Assembly (NCBI GenBank): GCA_964016885.1
Contig: OZ024741.1
Location: 109,926,001 to 109,990,000, forward strand
Source: Eledone cirrhosa
Taxonomy: Eukaryota
DNA length: 64,000 bases
Reading direction: 5' to 3'
The position numbers were made by a program, and so were the translations under genes. Below the pieces are notes generated by a model, which worked only from the letters and a program-made list of their open reading frames with translations, was not told the DNA's origin and did not search any database. Below, piece after piece: positions 31,556 through 43,469 of the stretch. Position 1 is the stretch's first letter, and every line of letters begins with the position of its first letter.

Positions 31556-31622
<67 letters not shown>

Positions 31623-31851
31623 ATATCTATCTATATATCTCGTATAGTATAGACGCGTACAACATCTGCTCCTGCCTTTTTGAATTTTTACCTATTGACA
31701 GTAAGTGTTTGTCTCTTTATTGTGTTGTCTTCGTGTCTTTTAACCACCCGGCTAGGTCTGTAGACGGGTGGTCATCGTATTTTTACCCCTTTTGGGGGTA
31801 AAAACTACTCCAAAAAATTTTTGCTGGCTCACATGGTAAAACATTGACGCC

Positions 31852-33545
31852 ATGTCTGTAGCACGTGTGAACGAAAACGCCACGCTCACTAAGGAAGAAG
31901 AGAGAAAGAAGCAAGCGGTACAAAGCGTTTTGCTTTCCCGCGTCAACGTTTTAAAAGACTTTGTTAAAGGCGATATGCCGGACAAACAAATAAATACGGG
32001 TGCAAACCCAATTAATTACAACGAAAACACTAACAATGACAAAACCAACACACCAAATGAGAAAGACAACAACAACAAAAATGAAAACAACTCAAACTAC
32101 GAGAAACAGAACAACTCAAACACCAACAACGAAAACAAAATATCTTTTGCACAGACTGCTAAAATATCAGTCACTTATGTGCTTGAGGATATAACAAATG
32201 CAAAAGAAATGCTTGAAAAAGCAAAAAAATATGTATCTTTTGGCGAAAATGGATCTTTTTCCATCAATTCACCCCCAGAACTAAACAAACAGACGGAATT
32301 ACGAACTGTTGTATTCCGTACAATTGCCAACAAAACAAAAAAACCAGCACAACCATCTCAAGCTGAAATTCAGTTGGTCCTGAAAGAGGCTATGAAAGAC
32401 ATAATTTTCATACAAAAGGATAAACTCTATGGGAGTTTATCCATATTGATGAAAGACGAATTGGCGGCGAAAAAATACTCTGTGTCGCCAATTCGTTCCA
32501 CACATTACACCCTTTTCCCAACCTACATGGGTAAAAAAACCCAAAGAATTTGGATAACCACCATCACCCCAAACATAAACTACTGGTGGTCACTAACCGG
32601 TTTCCTCAACTTGGACGAGGACAACCTTATATCAACAGGGAAGGCATCCGGCGACGCGTTCAGTGGAACGAGCATTGAAGTTCTGACCCAAATAAGGCCA
32701 GAACGTATCGCCCAAATCCCTGAACGCGTCATGCTGGATGACCGTACCCACCTCAACATTATCGTGGAGGGTAGGCGTCCCTCAGGTTACCTCTGTAGCA
32801 ATAGAGGTCACCTGAGGGCTGCCTGTCCCCAGCTCACTCCGAAAAAACCATTGCTACCAACACCCCAACAACCAACACCACCACCACCCCAACAACAACA
32901 AAAACAACCACAACAACAACAACAACAAAAATCAACAACACCACCACCACAACAACAACAACAAACACGTGAAAAAACAACACAGAACACTGTCCCACCC
33001 AACCCCTCCCCACCCAAAACAAATACAAAAACACACACACCGCAAACACTACCAGAAAATATACCTCTCCCACCCAACAAGGAAGACGAACCCCTTTCGT
33101 CGCAAGACGAAAAAGATCCCTTCCAAATAGTAAAAAGAAAGAAGAGGAGGCGCACCACAGACACACTTATTAACATTAACCCTCCCTAAGAGAAAACAAA
33201 CAATATACAAACCACCCCTCCCCGTCACACAACACTAACTGCTACGCAAAAAAGACTTTACAATATACATACATGAACACAGACAACAAAGAACTAATGA
33301 ACACAATTTCGTCAAACCCTTCGGTCCAAACTGAAGGGCCTAACTTTCTAACTGCTGTCGGACTACCTCATTTACAAATGATTAAAGTCCCAATGAACTT
33401 ATACAAAACGTTGGAAATAAATTTTACGGAGGACGTGGGCCCCCCCTTGCACCAAGCCAATCAACCGCGTCCTCCTAAAAAATTTCACCATCCCCTACCC
33501 AGATACCCACTCAACCACAAAGACCCCAACCCCACAACACACTGA
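31852..33545 (+). pseudogene. ORF1 (gag-like nucleic-acid-binding protein) of copy B; open 31852-33189, homology continues to ~33545
   Basis: Zinc-knuckle remnant GYLCSNRGHLRAAC, Pro/Gln-rich linker, basic VKRKKRRR; colinear with ORF1 of copy C. Confidence 0.8.
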
Positions 33546-33654
33546 TACCCCTACACTTCCACAAACTACCAACCCATCCCCAACCCTCATGGAAATTGAG
33601 CGGCCCGCTCCCCGGGACGCAGAGAGGTAAGTGCCTTTTCTCCTTACCACCAAT

Positions 33655-36600
33655 ATGGCTGTGCTGAGAGTAGGGTGTCTAAATGCGCGTGGCCTGGGCT
33701 CACCTTGGAAGCAAGCAATGCTTCTAAATTACCTCAGTGATGGTTATCTGCGAGGCCCGGATCAGCAGCATGCGACAGCTAGCCCCCACCTTTGATGACT
33801 TTGAGATGCACGCATCTCTCTGTCAGCCCGGAGGTGGGGGTGGGGTTGTCGTTCTGCTGCAAAAACATCTGGGTCTCGCCACACAGATAGTTCACTTGGA
33901 CCCAGGGGGTCGACTGGTGGTGCTGGACCTTGTCAGTGGTGAAGGTGGAGCCTTTAGGCTGGTAGCCGCATATGCCCCTTTTGGGACAGAGCGGCCGGAC
34001 TTTTTCCAGCGTCTGGAGTCTTTTCTAGGGACGTCCCGTTCCCTGCTTTTAGTGGGGGACTGGAATGGTATCCTGGATGCACGTTGGGACTATGCAGGGG
34101 CATGTCCCGATAGAGAGGGGTGCAACAGCCTCAAGGGGTTACTCGGCCGATTTGACATGGCCGATAGATTTCGACTAGATTTTCCGACGGTGCCAACCTG
34201 GTCTTGGACAAATCGCTGCGGTCAATCTAAATCGTACCTAGATAGGTTCTTAGTTAGAAATAAGGACAGGGACTTTTTAAGTGGTCCAGAAATGCTCATG
34301 GTTGGCTATTCAGACCACAAGTTGGTGACCTGCATGGTCAACCTTGATAGAACGCATAGACAGGGTCCCGGTTACTGGAAGCTGAACTTGTCCTTACCGG
34401 CAAGTAAAGCTTACAGGGACCGGATTAGTACGTTAGTTAAGGAGCGGTTGACTGGAGCGATCGTCAACAGCAGGTGGTGGGTATCTCTAAAGAGAGAGAT
34501 TAGATTAGTCTCGATAGAATTTAGTAAGGTTCTAGCTGCGGATAGGAATAGGAAGGAAAGGGAGCTGATAGATAGAGTAGAAGAGGCAATTAGAAGCGGC
34601 GACGTGGCCAGAGTGCTAGCGTCGAGAACGGCTTTGAGCCAGTTTTTCGACGCGAAGCACGAAGGCTGCGTTGTCCGAAGTAAAATGCGTGCTCTAGGGA
34701 ACGAGGGGACCAAAGCTGTTAGCTGGGCCCGCGTGACAGAAGCCAAAAGTGGAACTAAATCCACCATCCGTTCTTTGCGAGACCAGGATGGACGGGCGAT
34801 CCTTGAACCTAAGCAGATGTGTGAGGCCTTTCAAAGGCACTTTGCCCGATTGTTCGGAAGGGGCGGGGAGCCGGTTGGGGAAGTGGACTTCGGTCCATAC
34901 CTCGACGGCCTGGCGCGTCTTTCGGACGAGGAGGCGAAGTCCTGCGAGGAGCCAATTTCAGCCGCTGAGATAGAGGACGTGCTGAGCCAATGTGGCAAAC
35001 GCAAATCCCCGGGTCTCGATGGTCTTCCATACGAACTATATCTAGCTATGCCGGACTTGTTCCCCGATCTCCTCGAGGCGGTCTACTGCAACTGGCAACA
35101 GAACGGGAGAATTCCCTGTTCTATGACCAAGGGCGTTGTCACGCTAGTGAGGAAGGACGAGAACAAGGGGGACGAAATAAGTAACTTCAGGCCCATAACT
35201 CTGCTAAATACAGAGTTACAGATTTTGGCCAAGGTGCTAGCAAAGAGGTTGGCGCTTGTCGTGGGCAACCTGGTGGGAGATTCGCAGACATGTGCTATGC
35301 CGTCCAGGTCCATCCATGACAACCTCCACCTCATGCGATACATCATAAAGAGGGTTGGGAACGAACCCGGCTTTGGTGGGGCCCTGATCAACTTGGATCA
35401 ATCTAAGGCGTTCGATAGGGTCGACCATGGTTACCTGGATGCGGTGCTAGCGGCGGCAGGCTTCGGACCCGTTTTCAGGGGCTGGATCACTGATATGCAC
35501 AGCAGCCGCATCTGCTCTAGAGTCAAGGTGAACGGCTACGTCTCGGAGCCGTTCGAAATCGCGCGATCCATCCGACAAGGGTGCCCTCTCTCCTCCCTTC
35601 TGTATGTATTGATTCTCGAGCCACTACTGCGGAAGTTGGAGTTGTTGCAGGGCATCCCTTTGGAACCGGGATTGCGGAAAGCGGTGTTGGCCTACGCCGA
35701 TGACGTGACAGTAATGGTGTCGACGGCCTCCGAAATCGGGGCGATCGGCACCTTACTGGAAGAGTACGAAAGGTTCACAGGGGCTAAGCTGAACCGGGAC
35801 AAGTCGATCGGTTTGCAACTCGGCACGTGGAGGGGCAAACCGATGCCCTCCGATGGCGTCGTCGGACGCTGGACGGAGGGCCCGGTGAAGTTGCTCGGCG
35901 TCTGGTTCGAACCAGACCTCCAGGTGGAGAAGAACTGGAGTGAGGTCACGAACAGGGTGTTTACACTGACCCAGAAGTGGGCCAGTTGCAAACTATCCCT
36001 GAAAGGTCAGGCGGAGGTGGCGAACACCTATATAGCGTCCGTCATCTACTACCGCCTGACCGTCGTGCCTTGCCCAAGGGAAACCCTCGCCAAGATGGAT
36101 CGCGCACCCTTCCAATTCCTTTGGAAGAAGCGGGCTCCTTTGGTGAGGAGATCCATCTGCTGTCAACACCCTTCGAAAGGAGGGCTGGGGATGCCGTGGC
36201 TAATGATGCGTAAACACGCATTAAGGCTACGGCACCTCCACGTATTCCTCACCGGTCAACCGGTGTGGGCCTCGTTTGTGAGACGAACCTTTCCCAGACT
36301 CGTCTCACTCACCGAGCTGCAATCCTGGGTCAAGCAAAGACCGAGAAAACTGGGCGCCTGGCACACTGTGTGTGCCCAGGCGCTCACGGCCCTCTGGCAG
36401 GCGGACGCGGTTATCAGTGGAGACTCCATCGCGACATTCTATAGAGGGCTGGTACGCAGCAGGTGCGACGACGCCCTCGGAGAAGCCCTAGACATGGAGG
36501 AAGACGAACTGGCCAGCCTGTCCGGTAGGACATTCAGCCCGGGACCTATGGACAACTTCCAGAAGTCCCTGGATGGCACTGCTATCGAGGGGCTCTACCC

Positions 36601-37072
36601 GTTCGAGAAAAGCTCTACAGACACGGGCGCCCGGGTAGGGACCCCACCAAAAAGATCTGTCCCAGATGCGTGTGCGACGAGGAAACCGTTGCACACGCAT
36701 TGGTACACTGCTCGGGCGTAGCCGATCTGTGGGGCTATGTCGAACGACTGCTATCACGGGTGGGACCGATCCGGTTGACAACCGAGGCCATTGTAACGAT
36801 TAAGCCGCCTCCCCTTCAAAAATGAAGGAGAGGAGGTGTTTCTGTGCGTAATAGCCATGGTGAAAGAGGTTGTATGGTGGACGCGTCTGAAAGGACTGAG
36901 GTCAGGCACCTTTCTCTCTGGCCAACAACTGATCAGTTTCTTCTGATATCATTTCGGAAGAAGGATCAGGATGGAGAGAGAGGTGCTCCACCCCAGTCGT
37001 TTTTATGAAAAGTGGGTGAAAGTGGCGAGAATGGCCCGTGTGAATGGGCCTTCTCTTTACATCAGCCTGTAG
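33655..37072 (+). pseudogene. ORF2 (APE endonuclease + RT + CCHC) of copy B, frameshifted near 33737 and 36570
   Basis: ATG 33655 MAVLRVGCLNARGL; GDWN, SYLDRF, SDHK; QGCPLS, YADD. Confidence 0.92.
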
Positions 37073-37521
37073 GTGGAAAAGAGGAAGGAACGAGGGAGCA
37101 CCCTCTCTCTGTGCTCCTAAGGAGAAGGGGTTGCACACTTTTTTCAGGGGGTGTGTGCGATCCCCCAAACGCCCCCTCCCTATTGAGGACTCTATTGTTA
37201 ATTTTATATTTGTTATTTGTTTTCTTTACTCGCCTTTTTGTGTAAACTCCCCCTTTGTATTTGTCCCCTTCTTTTGCGCCCTAGTGGCAATAAATAGAAA
37301 TCTATCTATCTATCTATCTTGATAGAGTAAGACACGCTTCGCATCGGCTCCGCTATTCCATCGGGATTTACCCTTACTATTGTAAGTACCGGATAAAGTT
37401 TTTAGTGCAACACATTTGGAACACTAACCCTTGTTATTTAGGGAAACATTTTTGCATTTACCCCCTTTTTAGGGGGTAAAATAAATATCTATTTTTGCCG
37501 AAAAATTTCTTTCTTGGCAGC

Positions 37522-39209
37522 ATGGCGGAAAAGATGGCAGACATGTCTGCCATTAGCTCTGCCACGCCCCCCAAGTCTGAAGAACAAAAAATAATTACAA
37601 CAAAATTAGACATTGAAACAAACAAACAAAATGAAAAAACAAATGTTAAGGAAAATGAGCAAACAGAAAACAAACAAACAGAAAATAATACAAATAACGA
37701 CAGGGCAACTTTCGCCCAGAAAACAAAACAATCCATTACATACACACCAATTGACCTAACTGCCGCCAGAGAAAAACTGGCCGAAGCAAAGAAGCACATT
37801 GTTTTGGGGGAGAACGGAATGTTTTCCATTAACTCCCCCCCCCAGAATTCAAGAAAGCCAGAGCAGAAAACACAGTTCTCTACAGAACTATACTGAACCA
37901 GACAAGAAAGCCAGCACAGCCCAGCCAAATGGAAATAGAGTTAGTCCTAAAAGACTATATGAAGAATATTCTCTTCATACGAAAGGACCGACTCTATGGC
38001 AGCATTTCGGTCCTAACAAGAGACAAAGAAACGGCGGAGAAGCTTTTCCTAAGCCCACTCTCGTCGACAACATATAGCTTCTATCCCTCCTACATGGGTA
38101 GAAGAACACAGAGAGTAAAAGTAAAAACAATGCTGCCCACAATGGACTTCTGGTGGGCTATTGCTGGCTTCATTGATATGGGCGAAGACACAATCTGTCA
38201 ATGGGGAAGGCAACTGGAGATGCGTTCCTGGGAATGGGCCTCGACATACTAGTCCAAATGAGGCCCGAAAGAATAGCACAAATCCCGGATCGCATCTGGC
38301 TGGATGACCTTACCCCAATAGACATAATTGTAGAGGGGAGAAGACCAGCATGCTATTTATGCATGGAAAGGGGACACGTTAAGGCTAACTGCCCGAAACG
38401 TATCCCCCAAAAAGGACTATTGCCCACACCCACCACAAACAGTACACCAACACCACCCACCTCCAAAAATACACTAATACCACACACAGCAAACAAAATA
38501 CAGACACCACCAACCACAAACACAACACAAACATCACCACCACCAGCACCAAACACAAGCACGACACAAAAATCACCACCACCAACCACAACACAAACAT
38601 CACCACCACCATCACCAACCACAAGCACGACACAAACATTACCACCACCACCACAAAACCCATTCCAAACAAATAATAAAAAAAACAGTAACAAATCTAC
38701 CCCTACCGCAAAAAAAAAAACAACCACACAACACGTCCCTCCCACCTAGCGCTGAAGAGTTTCCCCCAACTTCTGAAGAAGAAGGAGGAGAAGCCTTCAG
38801 ACAAGTTAAAAGAAAAAAAAGAAAACACACACCCAGCACACCACAAATAACCCACACACAAACACCAACTCCAATCAAAAACACCCCACCCTCAACAAAC
38901 AAAAATAAATCTGCGCCTCCCCTCTCCGAAACATTGACAGCATCACAAAAAAAGACGTTGCAATACACATATATAAATAAAGAAAACAAAAAACTGGTTA
39001 AATTAATAAACAATAACCCTATGATGCAGACCGAAGGGCCAAACTTTATCTCAACAGAGAACTTCACCCATTTAAAAATGATAAAGGTCCCTCTGGACCT
39101 TTATCGTTCCTTAAAAGAACAATTTAGACGGGACGTGAGCCCCCCCCTGTTTAAAACCGTTGAATCGCGTCCTCTTGAAAGATTTCCCCATAACCGCCCC
39201 TCTCCCTGA
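37522..39209 (+). pseudogene. ORF1 of copy C (several frameshifts and a stop)
   Basis: Pieces 37495-37896, 37929-38252, 38201-38749, 38934-39209 align to ORF1 of copy B; intact knuckle CYLCMERGHVKANC. Confidence 0.8.
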
Positions 39210-39362
39210 CACAACTCCAAATACCCCAACCCCACCACACACGTGTACCCCCACACCACCACAAAACATCCCTCCACCCAACACACCTGATGCCATGGAA
39301 ATTACGCAACCCGGAGAGGTAAGTGCTTTTCTTTCTTCACTTTCAACACCAAAATAGATCAA

Positions 39363-42300
39363 TTGAGAGTTGGCTGTTTGAACGCGCGTGGCCTGGGCTC
39401 AGCTTGGAAGCAAGCAAAGCTTCTAAGTGACCTCAGGTCACAAAGTATAGATGTGATGGTTGTTTGCGAGAGTCGGATCAGCAGCGTGAGACAGCTGGCG
39501 CCCGCCTTCGATGACTTTGAGATGCACGCATCTCTCTGTCAACCCGGAGGCGGGGGGGGGGGAGTTGCCGTACTGCTGGATAAACGTCTGACTCTCGACG
39601 TACAGATTGTTCACTCGGACCCGGGGGGTCGATTACTGGTGCTGGACGTCGGAGGCGGTGAAGGCGGGGCTTTCAGACTGGTCGGTCTTTATGCTCCCTT
39701 CGGGGCGGAAAGAGCCGACTTCTTCCAACGTCTGGAGACTTTTCTAGGAACGTCGCGTTCCCTGCTTTTAGTGGGGGACTGGAATGGAATCCTAGATGCG
39801 CGTTGGGACTATGCAGGGGCATGTCCCGATAGAGGGGGGTGTAGCAGCCTCAAGGGGTTACTCGATCGATTCGACCTGGTCGATAGATTTCGACTAGATT
39901 GTCCAACTGCGCCAACCTGGACCTGGGCAAACCGCAGTGGACAATCTAGATCGTACCTAGATAGGTTTTTGGTTAGGAGTAAGGATAGGGACGTATTTAG
40001 TTGTCCAGAACTGATCATGGTTGGCTATTCAGATCACAAATTAGTGACCTGCGTGGTCAACCTTGATAGAACGCATAGACAGGGTCCCGGTTACTGGAAG
40101 ATGAACTTGTCCTTACCGACAAAGAAAGATTACAGAAACCGGATTAGTAGCTTAGTTAAGATGCGGTTGACGGGAGCGATCGTCAACAGTAGGTGGTGGA
40201 TATCTCTAAAGAGAGAGATTAGAGTAAGTTCGATAGGTTACAGTAAGGAACTAGCGGCGAATAGAAATAGGAGGGAAAGGGAGTTAACAGATAAACTAGA
40301 AGAGGCGATTAGGAGCGGAGACGTAGCCAGAGTGTTAGCGACGAGAACGGCATTGAGCCAGTTCTTTGACGCGAAGCACGAAGGCTGCGTTGTCCGAAGT
40401 AAAATACGTGCTTTAGGAAACGAGGGGACCAAAGCTGTTAGCTGGGCCCGCGTGACAGAAGCCAAGAGTGGGATTAAATCCACCATTCGGTCTTTGCGAG
40501 ACCAGGATGGACGGGTGATCCTTGAACCTGAGCGAATGTGCGAGACCTTTCAAAGGCACTTTGCTCGACTGTTCGGAGGTGGCGGGGGGCCGGACGGGGA
40601 TGTGGACTTCGGTCCATACCTCGACGGTCTACCGCGTCTTTCGAGCGGCGAAGCGGAGGGCTGCGAAAGGCCAATCACAGCCACTGAAATCGGGGAAGCG
40701 CTCAGCCAATGCAGCAGACGCAAATCCCCGGGTCTCGATGGTCTACCATACGAACTTTATTTAGCTATGCCGGTCTTGTTCTCCGAACTCCTCGAGGCTG
40801 TCTATTGCAACTGGCAACAGAACGGGAGAATTCCCTGTTCTGTGACCAAGGGCGTGGTCACGCTAGTGAGGAAGGACGAGAGCAAGGGGGACGACTTAAG
40901 TAACTTTAGGCCCATAACTCTGCTGAATGCAGAGTTACAGATTTTGGCCAAGGTGTTGGCGAAGAGGTTGGCGCTTGTGGTGGGTGGTTTGGTGGGAGAC
41001 GCGCAGACATGCGCTATCCCGTCCAGGTCCATTCACGACAACATCCACCTCATGCGATACATCATAGAGAGGGTTGGCTACGAACCCGGCTTTGGTGGGG
41101 CCCTGATCAACTTGGATCAATCTAAGGCGTTCGATAGGGTCGACCATGGTTACCTGGATGCGGTGCTAGCGGCGGCGGGCTTCGGACCCGTTTTCAGGGG
41201 CTGGATTTCTGCCATGCACAGTGGCAACATCTACTCTAGGATTAAAGTAAACGGCTACCTCTCGGAGCCGTTTCAAATCACCCGATCCATCAGACAGGGG
41301 TGCCCCCTCTCCTCCCTTCTGTACGTATTGACTCTCGAGCCACTGCTGCGGAAGTTGGAGTTGCTGCGGGGCATACCCCTGGAACCGGGATTGCACAAAG
41401 CGGTCTCGGCCTATGCCGACGACGTAACAGTAATGGTGGCGGACGCCTCGGAAATCGGGGCGATCGCCACCCTACTGGAGGAATACGAAAGGCTGACGGG
41501 GGCTAAGCTGAACCAGGACAAGTCAGTCGGTTTGCAACTCGGAACGTGGAGGGGCAAACCGATGCCGTTAGACGGTGTCGTCGGGCGGTGGACGGAGGGC
41601 CCGGTGAAGCTGCTCGGGGTCTGGTTCGGACCGGACCTCCAGGTGAAGAAGAATTGGGGCGAGGTGACGAGCAGGGTGTTTGCGCTGACCCAGAAGTGGG
41701 CCAAGTGCAAACTATCACTGAAAGGTCGGGCGGAGGTGACGAACGCTTACATAGCGTCCGTCATCTACTACCGCCTGACCGTCGTGCCTTGCCCCAAGGA
41801 AAAGCTCACCATCATGGAACGCATGCTCTTCCAGTTCCTCTGGAAGAAGCGGCCTCCCATGGTGAGGAGATCCATCTGCTGCCAGCACCCTTCGAAAGGA
41901 GGGCTGGGTATGCCGTGGCTGTTGATGCGTAGGCACGCATTGAGGCTACGGCATCTACAGGTATTCCTCAACGGTCAGCCGGTGTGGGCCCCGTTTGTGA
42001 GGCGAGCCTTCCCACAGCTCGTCTCGCTCACCGAACTGCAATCCTGGGTGAAGCAAAGACCGAGAAAACTGGGCAACTGGCACACTGAGTGTGCCCAGGC
42101 ACTCACGGCTATCTGGCAAGCGGACCCGACTGTCAGTGGAGAATCCACCTCGACATTCTATAGAGGGTTGGTGGCTAGCAGGGGCGACGACACCCTTGGA
42201 GAGTCGCTAGGCATGGAGGAGGACGAACTGGCCAGCCTGTTCGGTAGAACTTTCGGCCCGGGACCCATGGACAACTTCCAGAGGTCCCTAGCCTGGCAGT

Positions 42301-42794
42301 GTTACCGGGGGGCTCTGCCCGTTCGAGAAAAGCTCTACAGACACGGGCGCCCGGGCAGGGATCCCGCGAAAAAGATCTGTCCCAGATGCGTGCGCGACGA
42401 GGAAACCGTTGCGCATGCACTGGTACACTGCCCGGGCGTTGCCGATCTGTGGGGCTACGTCGAACGACTGCTGTCGCGTGTGGCGCCGATTCGATTAACC
42501 GCCGAGTCTGTGGTGAACATCAAGCCGCCTCCTCCCTTCAGAAATGAAGCAGAGGCGGTCTTTCTGTGCGTAATAGCCATGATGAAAGAGGTTGTGTGGT
42601 GGACGCGCCTGAAAGGTCTGAGGTCGGGTGACTTTCTCTCCGGCCATCACCTGGTTTACTTCTTCCGATACCACTTCGGAAGAAGAATCAGGATGGAGAG
42701 AGAAGTGCTTGGTCCCAGACAGTTTTATGAAAGGTGGGTGAAAGAAGCGAGAATGGCCCGTGTAAATGGGCCTTCTCTCTACATTGTTCTGTAG
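39363..42794 (+). CDS. Uninterrupted LINE ORF2, 1143 aa: APE endonuclease, reverse transcriptase, C-terminal CCHC
   Basis: LNARGL, LYAP, GDWN, SYLDRF, SDHK; KSPGLDG, RPITLLN, LDQSKAFDRVDH, RQGCPLS, YADD; CPRC..ETVAHALVHC; ATA at 39354 where copy B has ATG. Confidence 0.93.
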   Translation: MRVGCLNARGLGSAWKQAKLLSDLRSQSIDVMVVCESRISSVRQLAPAFDDFEMHASLCQPGGGGGGVAVLLDKRLTLDVQIVHSDPGGRLLVLDVGGGEGGAFRLVGLYAPFGAERADFFQRLETFLGTSRSLLLVGDWNGILDARWDYAGACPDRGGCSSLKGLLDRFDLVDRFRLDCPTAPTWTWANRSGQSRSYLDRFLVRSKDRDVFSCPELIMVGYSDHKLVTCVVNLDRTHRQGPGYWKMNLSLPTKKDYRNRISSLVKMRLTGAIVNSRWWISLKREIRVSSIGYSKELAANRNRRERELTDKLEEAIRSGDVARVLATRTALSQFFDAKHEGCVVRSKIRALGNEGTKAVSWARVTEAKSGIKSTIRSLRDQDGRVILEPERMCETFQRHFARLFGGGGGPDGDVDFGPYLDGLPRLSSGEAEGCERPITATEIGEALSQCSRRKSPGLDGLPYELYLAMPVLFSELLEAVYCNWQQNGRIPCSVTKGVVTLVRKDESKGDDLSNFRPITLLNAELQILAKVLAKRLALVVGGLVGDAQTCAIPSRSIHDNIHLMRYIIERVGYEPGFGGALINLDQSKAFDRVDHGYLDAVLAAAGFGPVFRGWISAMHSGNIYSRIKVNGYLSEPFQITRSIRQGCPLSSLLYVLTLEPLLRKLELLRGIPLEPGLHKAVSAYADDVTVMVADASEIGAIATLLEEYERLTGAKLNQDKSVGLQLGTWRGKPMPLDGVVGRWTEGPVKLLGVWFGPDLQVKKNWGEVTSRVFALTQKWAKCKLSLKGRAEVTNAYIASVIYYRLTVVPCPKEKLTIMERMLFQFLWKKRPPMVRRSICCQHPSKGGLGMPWLLMRRHALRLRHLQVFLNGQPVWAPFVRRAFPQLVSLTELQSWVKQRPRKLGNWHTECAQALTAIWQADPTVSGESTSTFYRGLVASRGDDTLGESLGMEEDELASLFGRTFGPGPMDNFQRSLAWQCYRGALPVREKLYRHGRPGRDPAKKICPRCVRDEETVAHALVHCPGVADLWGYVERLLSRVAPIRLTAESVVNIKPPPPFRNEAEAVFLCVIAMMKEVVWWTRLKGLRSGDFLSGHHLVYFFRYHFGRRIRMEREVLGPRQFYERWVKEARMARVNGPSLYIVL

Positions 42795-43025
42795 GTGAAG
42801 AAGTGAAGAGGAAAGGGGGAGCGCCTCCTCTCTGGGCTTCCCCCGCGAAAAGAGTTGCACACTTTTCGGGGGTATGTGCAATCCCCAACACGCCCCCTCC
42901 CTTTTGAGGACTTTTTATTGTTATATTATTATTTTTATTCCTTTTTTCTTTACTCGATTTATGTAAACTCCCCCACTGTGTAAATGTCCCCTTCTTTTGT
43001 GCCCTCGTCGCAAATAAATAGAAAT

Positions 43026-43058
<33 letters not shown>

Positions 43059-43059
43059 C

Positions 43060-43105
<46 letters not shown>

Positions 43106-43139
43106 ATATCCATCTATCTATATATCTATGTACGTATGT

Positions 43140-43460
43140 ATGTTCCCGTAACTCCTGATAGAGTCGGAGGGGCGCCGTATTGACATACGGCGTTTGGGGG
43201 GCATGTTAAGTCTGGTTGAGCCCATCCCCTCTCCAGGCTTGAGAACAGCAGATTTCTGCCAGAGAAAGATAGAAAGTGAGAGAGAGGAAATGAGAAAGAG
43301 ATATAGAGAAAGAATCGACCCCAGTATTAGACTGGTACTTTATTTATCGACCTCGAAAGGATGAAAGGTCAAGTTGACGTCGATGGGATTTGAATTCAGA
43401 GAGCAGAGAGCCGGAACGAGTACAGGAAAGCATTATATCCGACGTTCTGATGACTCTCGC
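43140..43460 (-). repeat. GC-rich structured segment + GA tract + SINE; inverted paralogue of 4895-5135
   Basis: See 4895-5135; hairpin cgccgtat(tgac)atacggcg; SINE core 43310-43460 on the minus strand. Confidence 0.7.
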
Positions 43461-43469
43461 CACCTAATG

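Larger units (their letters stand above)
31641..37300 (+). mobile_element. Tx1-type LINE copy B (full length, disrupted)
   Basis: 5'UTR, ORF1, ORF2, 3'UTR with AATAAA; (ATCT)n on both sides. Confidence 0.93.
37320..43026 (+). mobile_element. Tx1-type LINE copy C (full length)
   Basis: Follows (TCTA)n 37300-37319; ends aataaatagaaattt before (ATCT)n 43027-43128. Confidence 0.95.
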
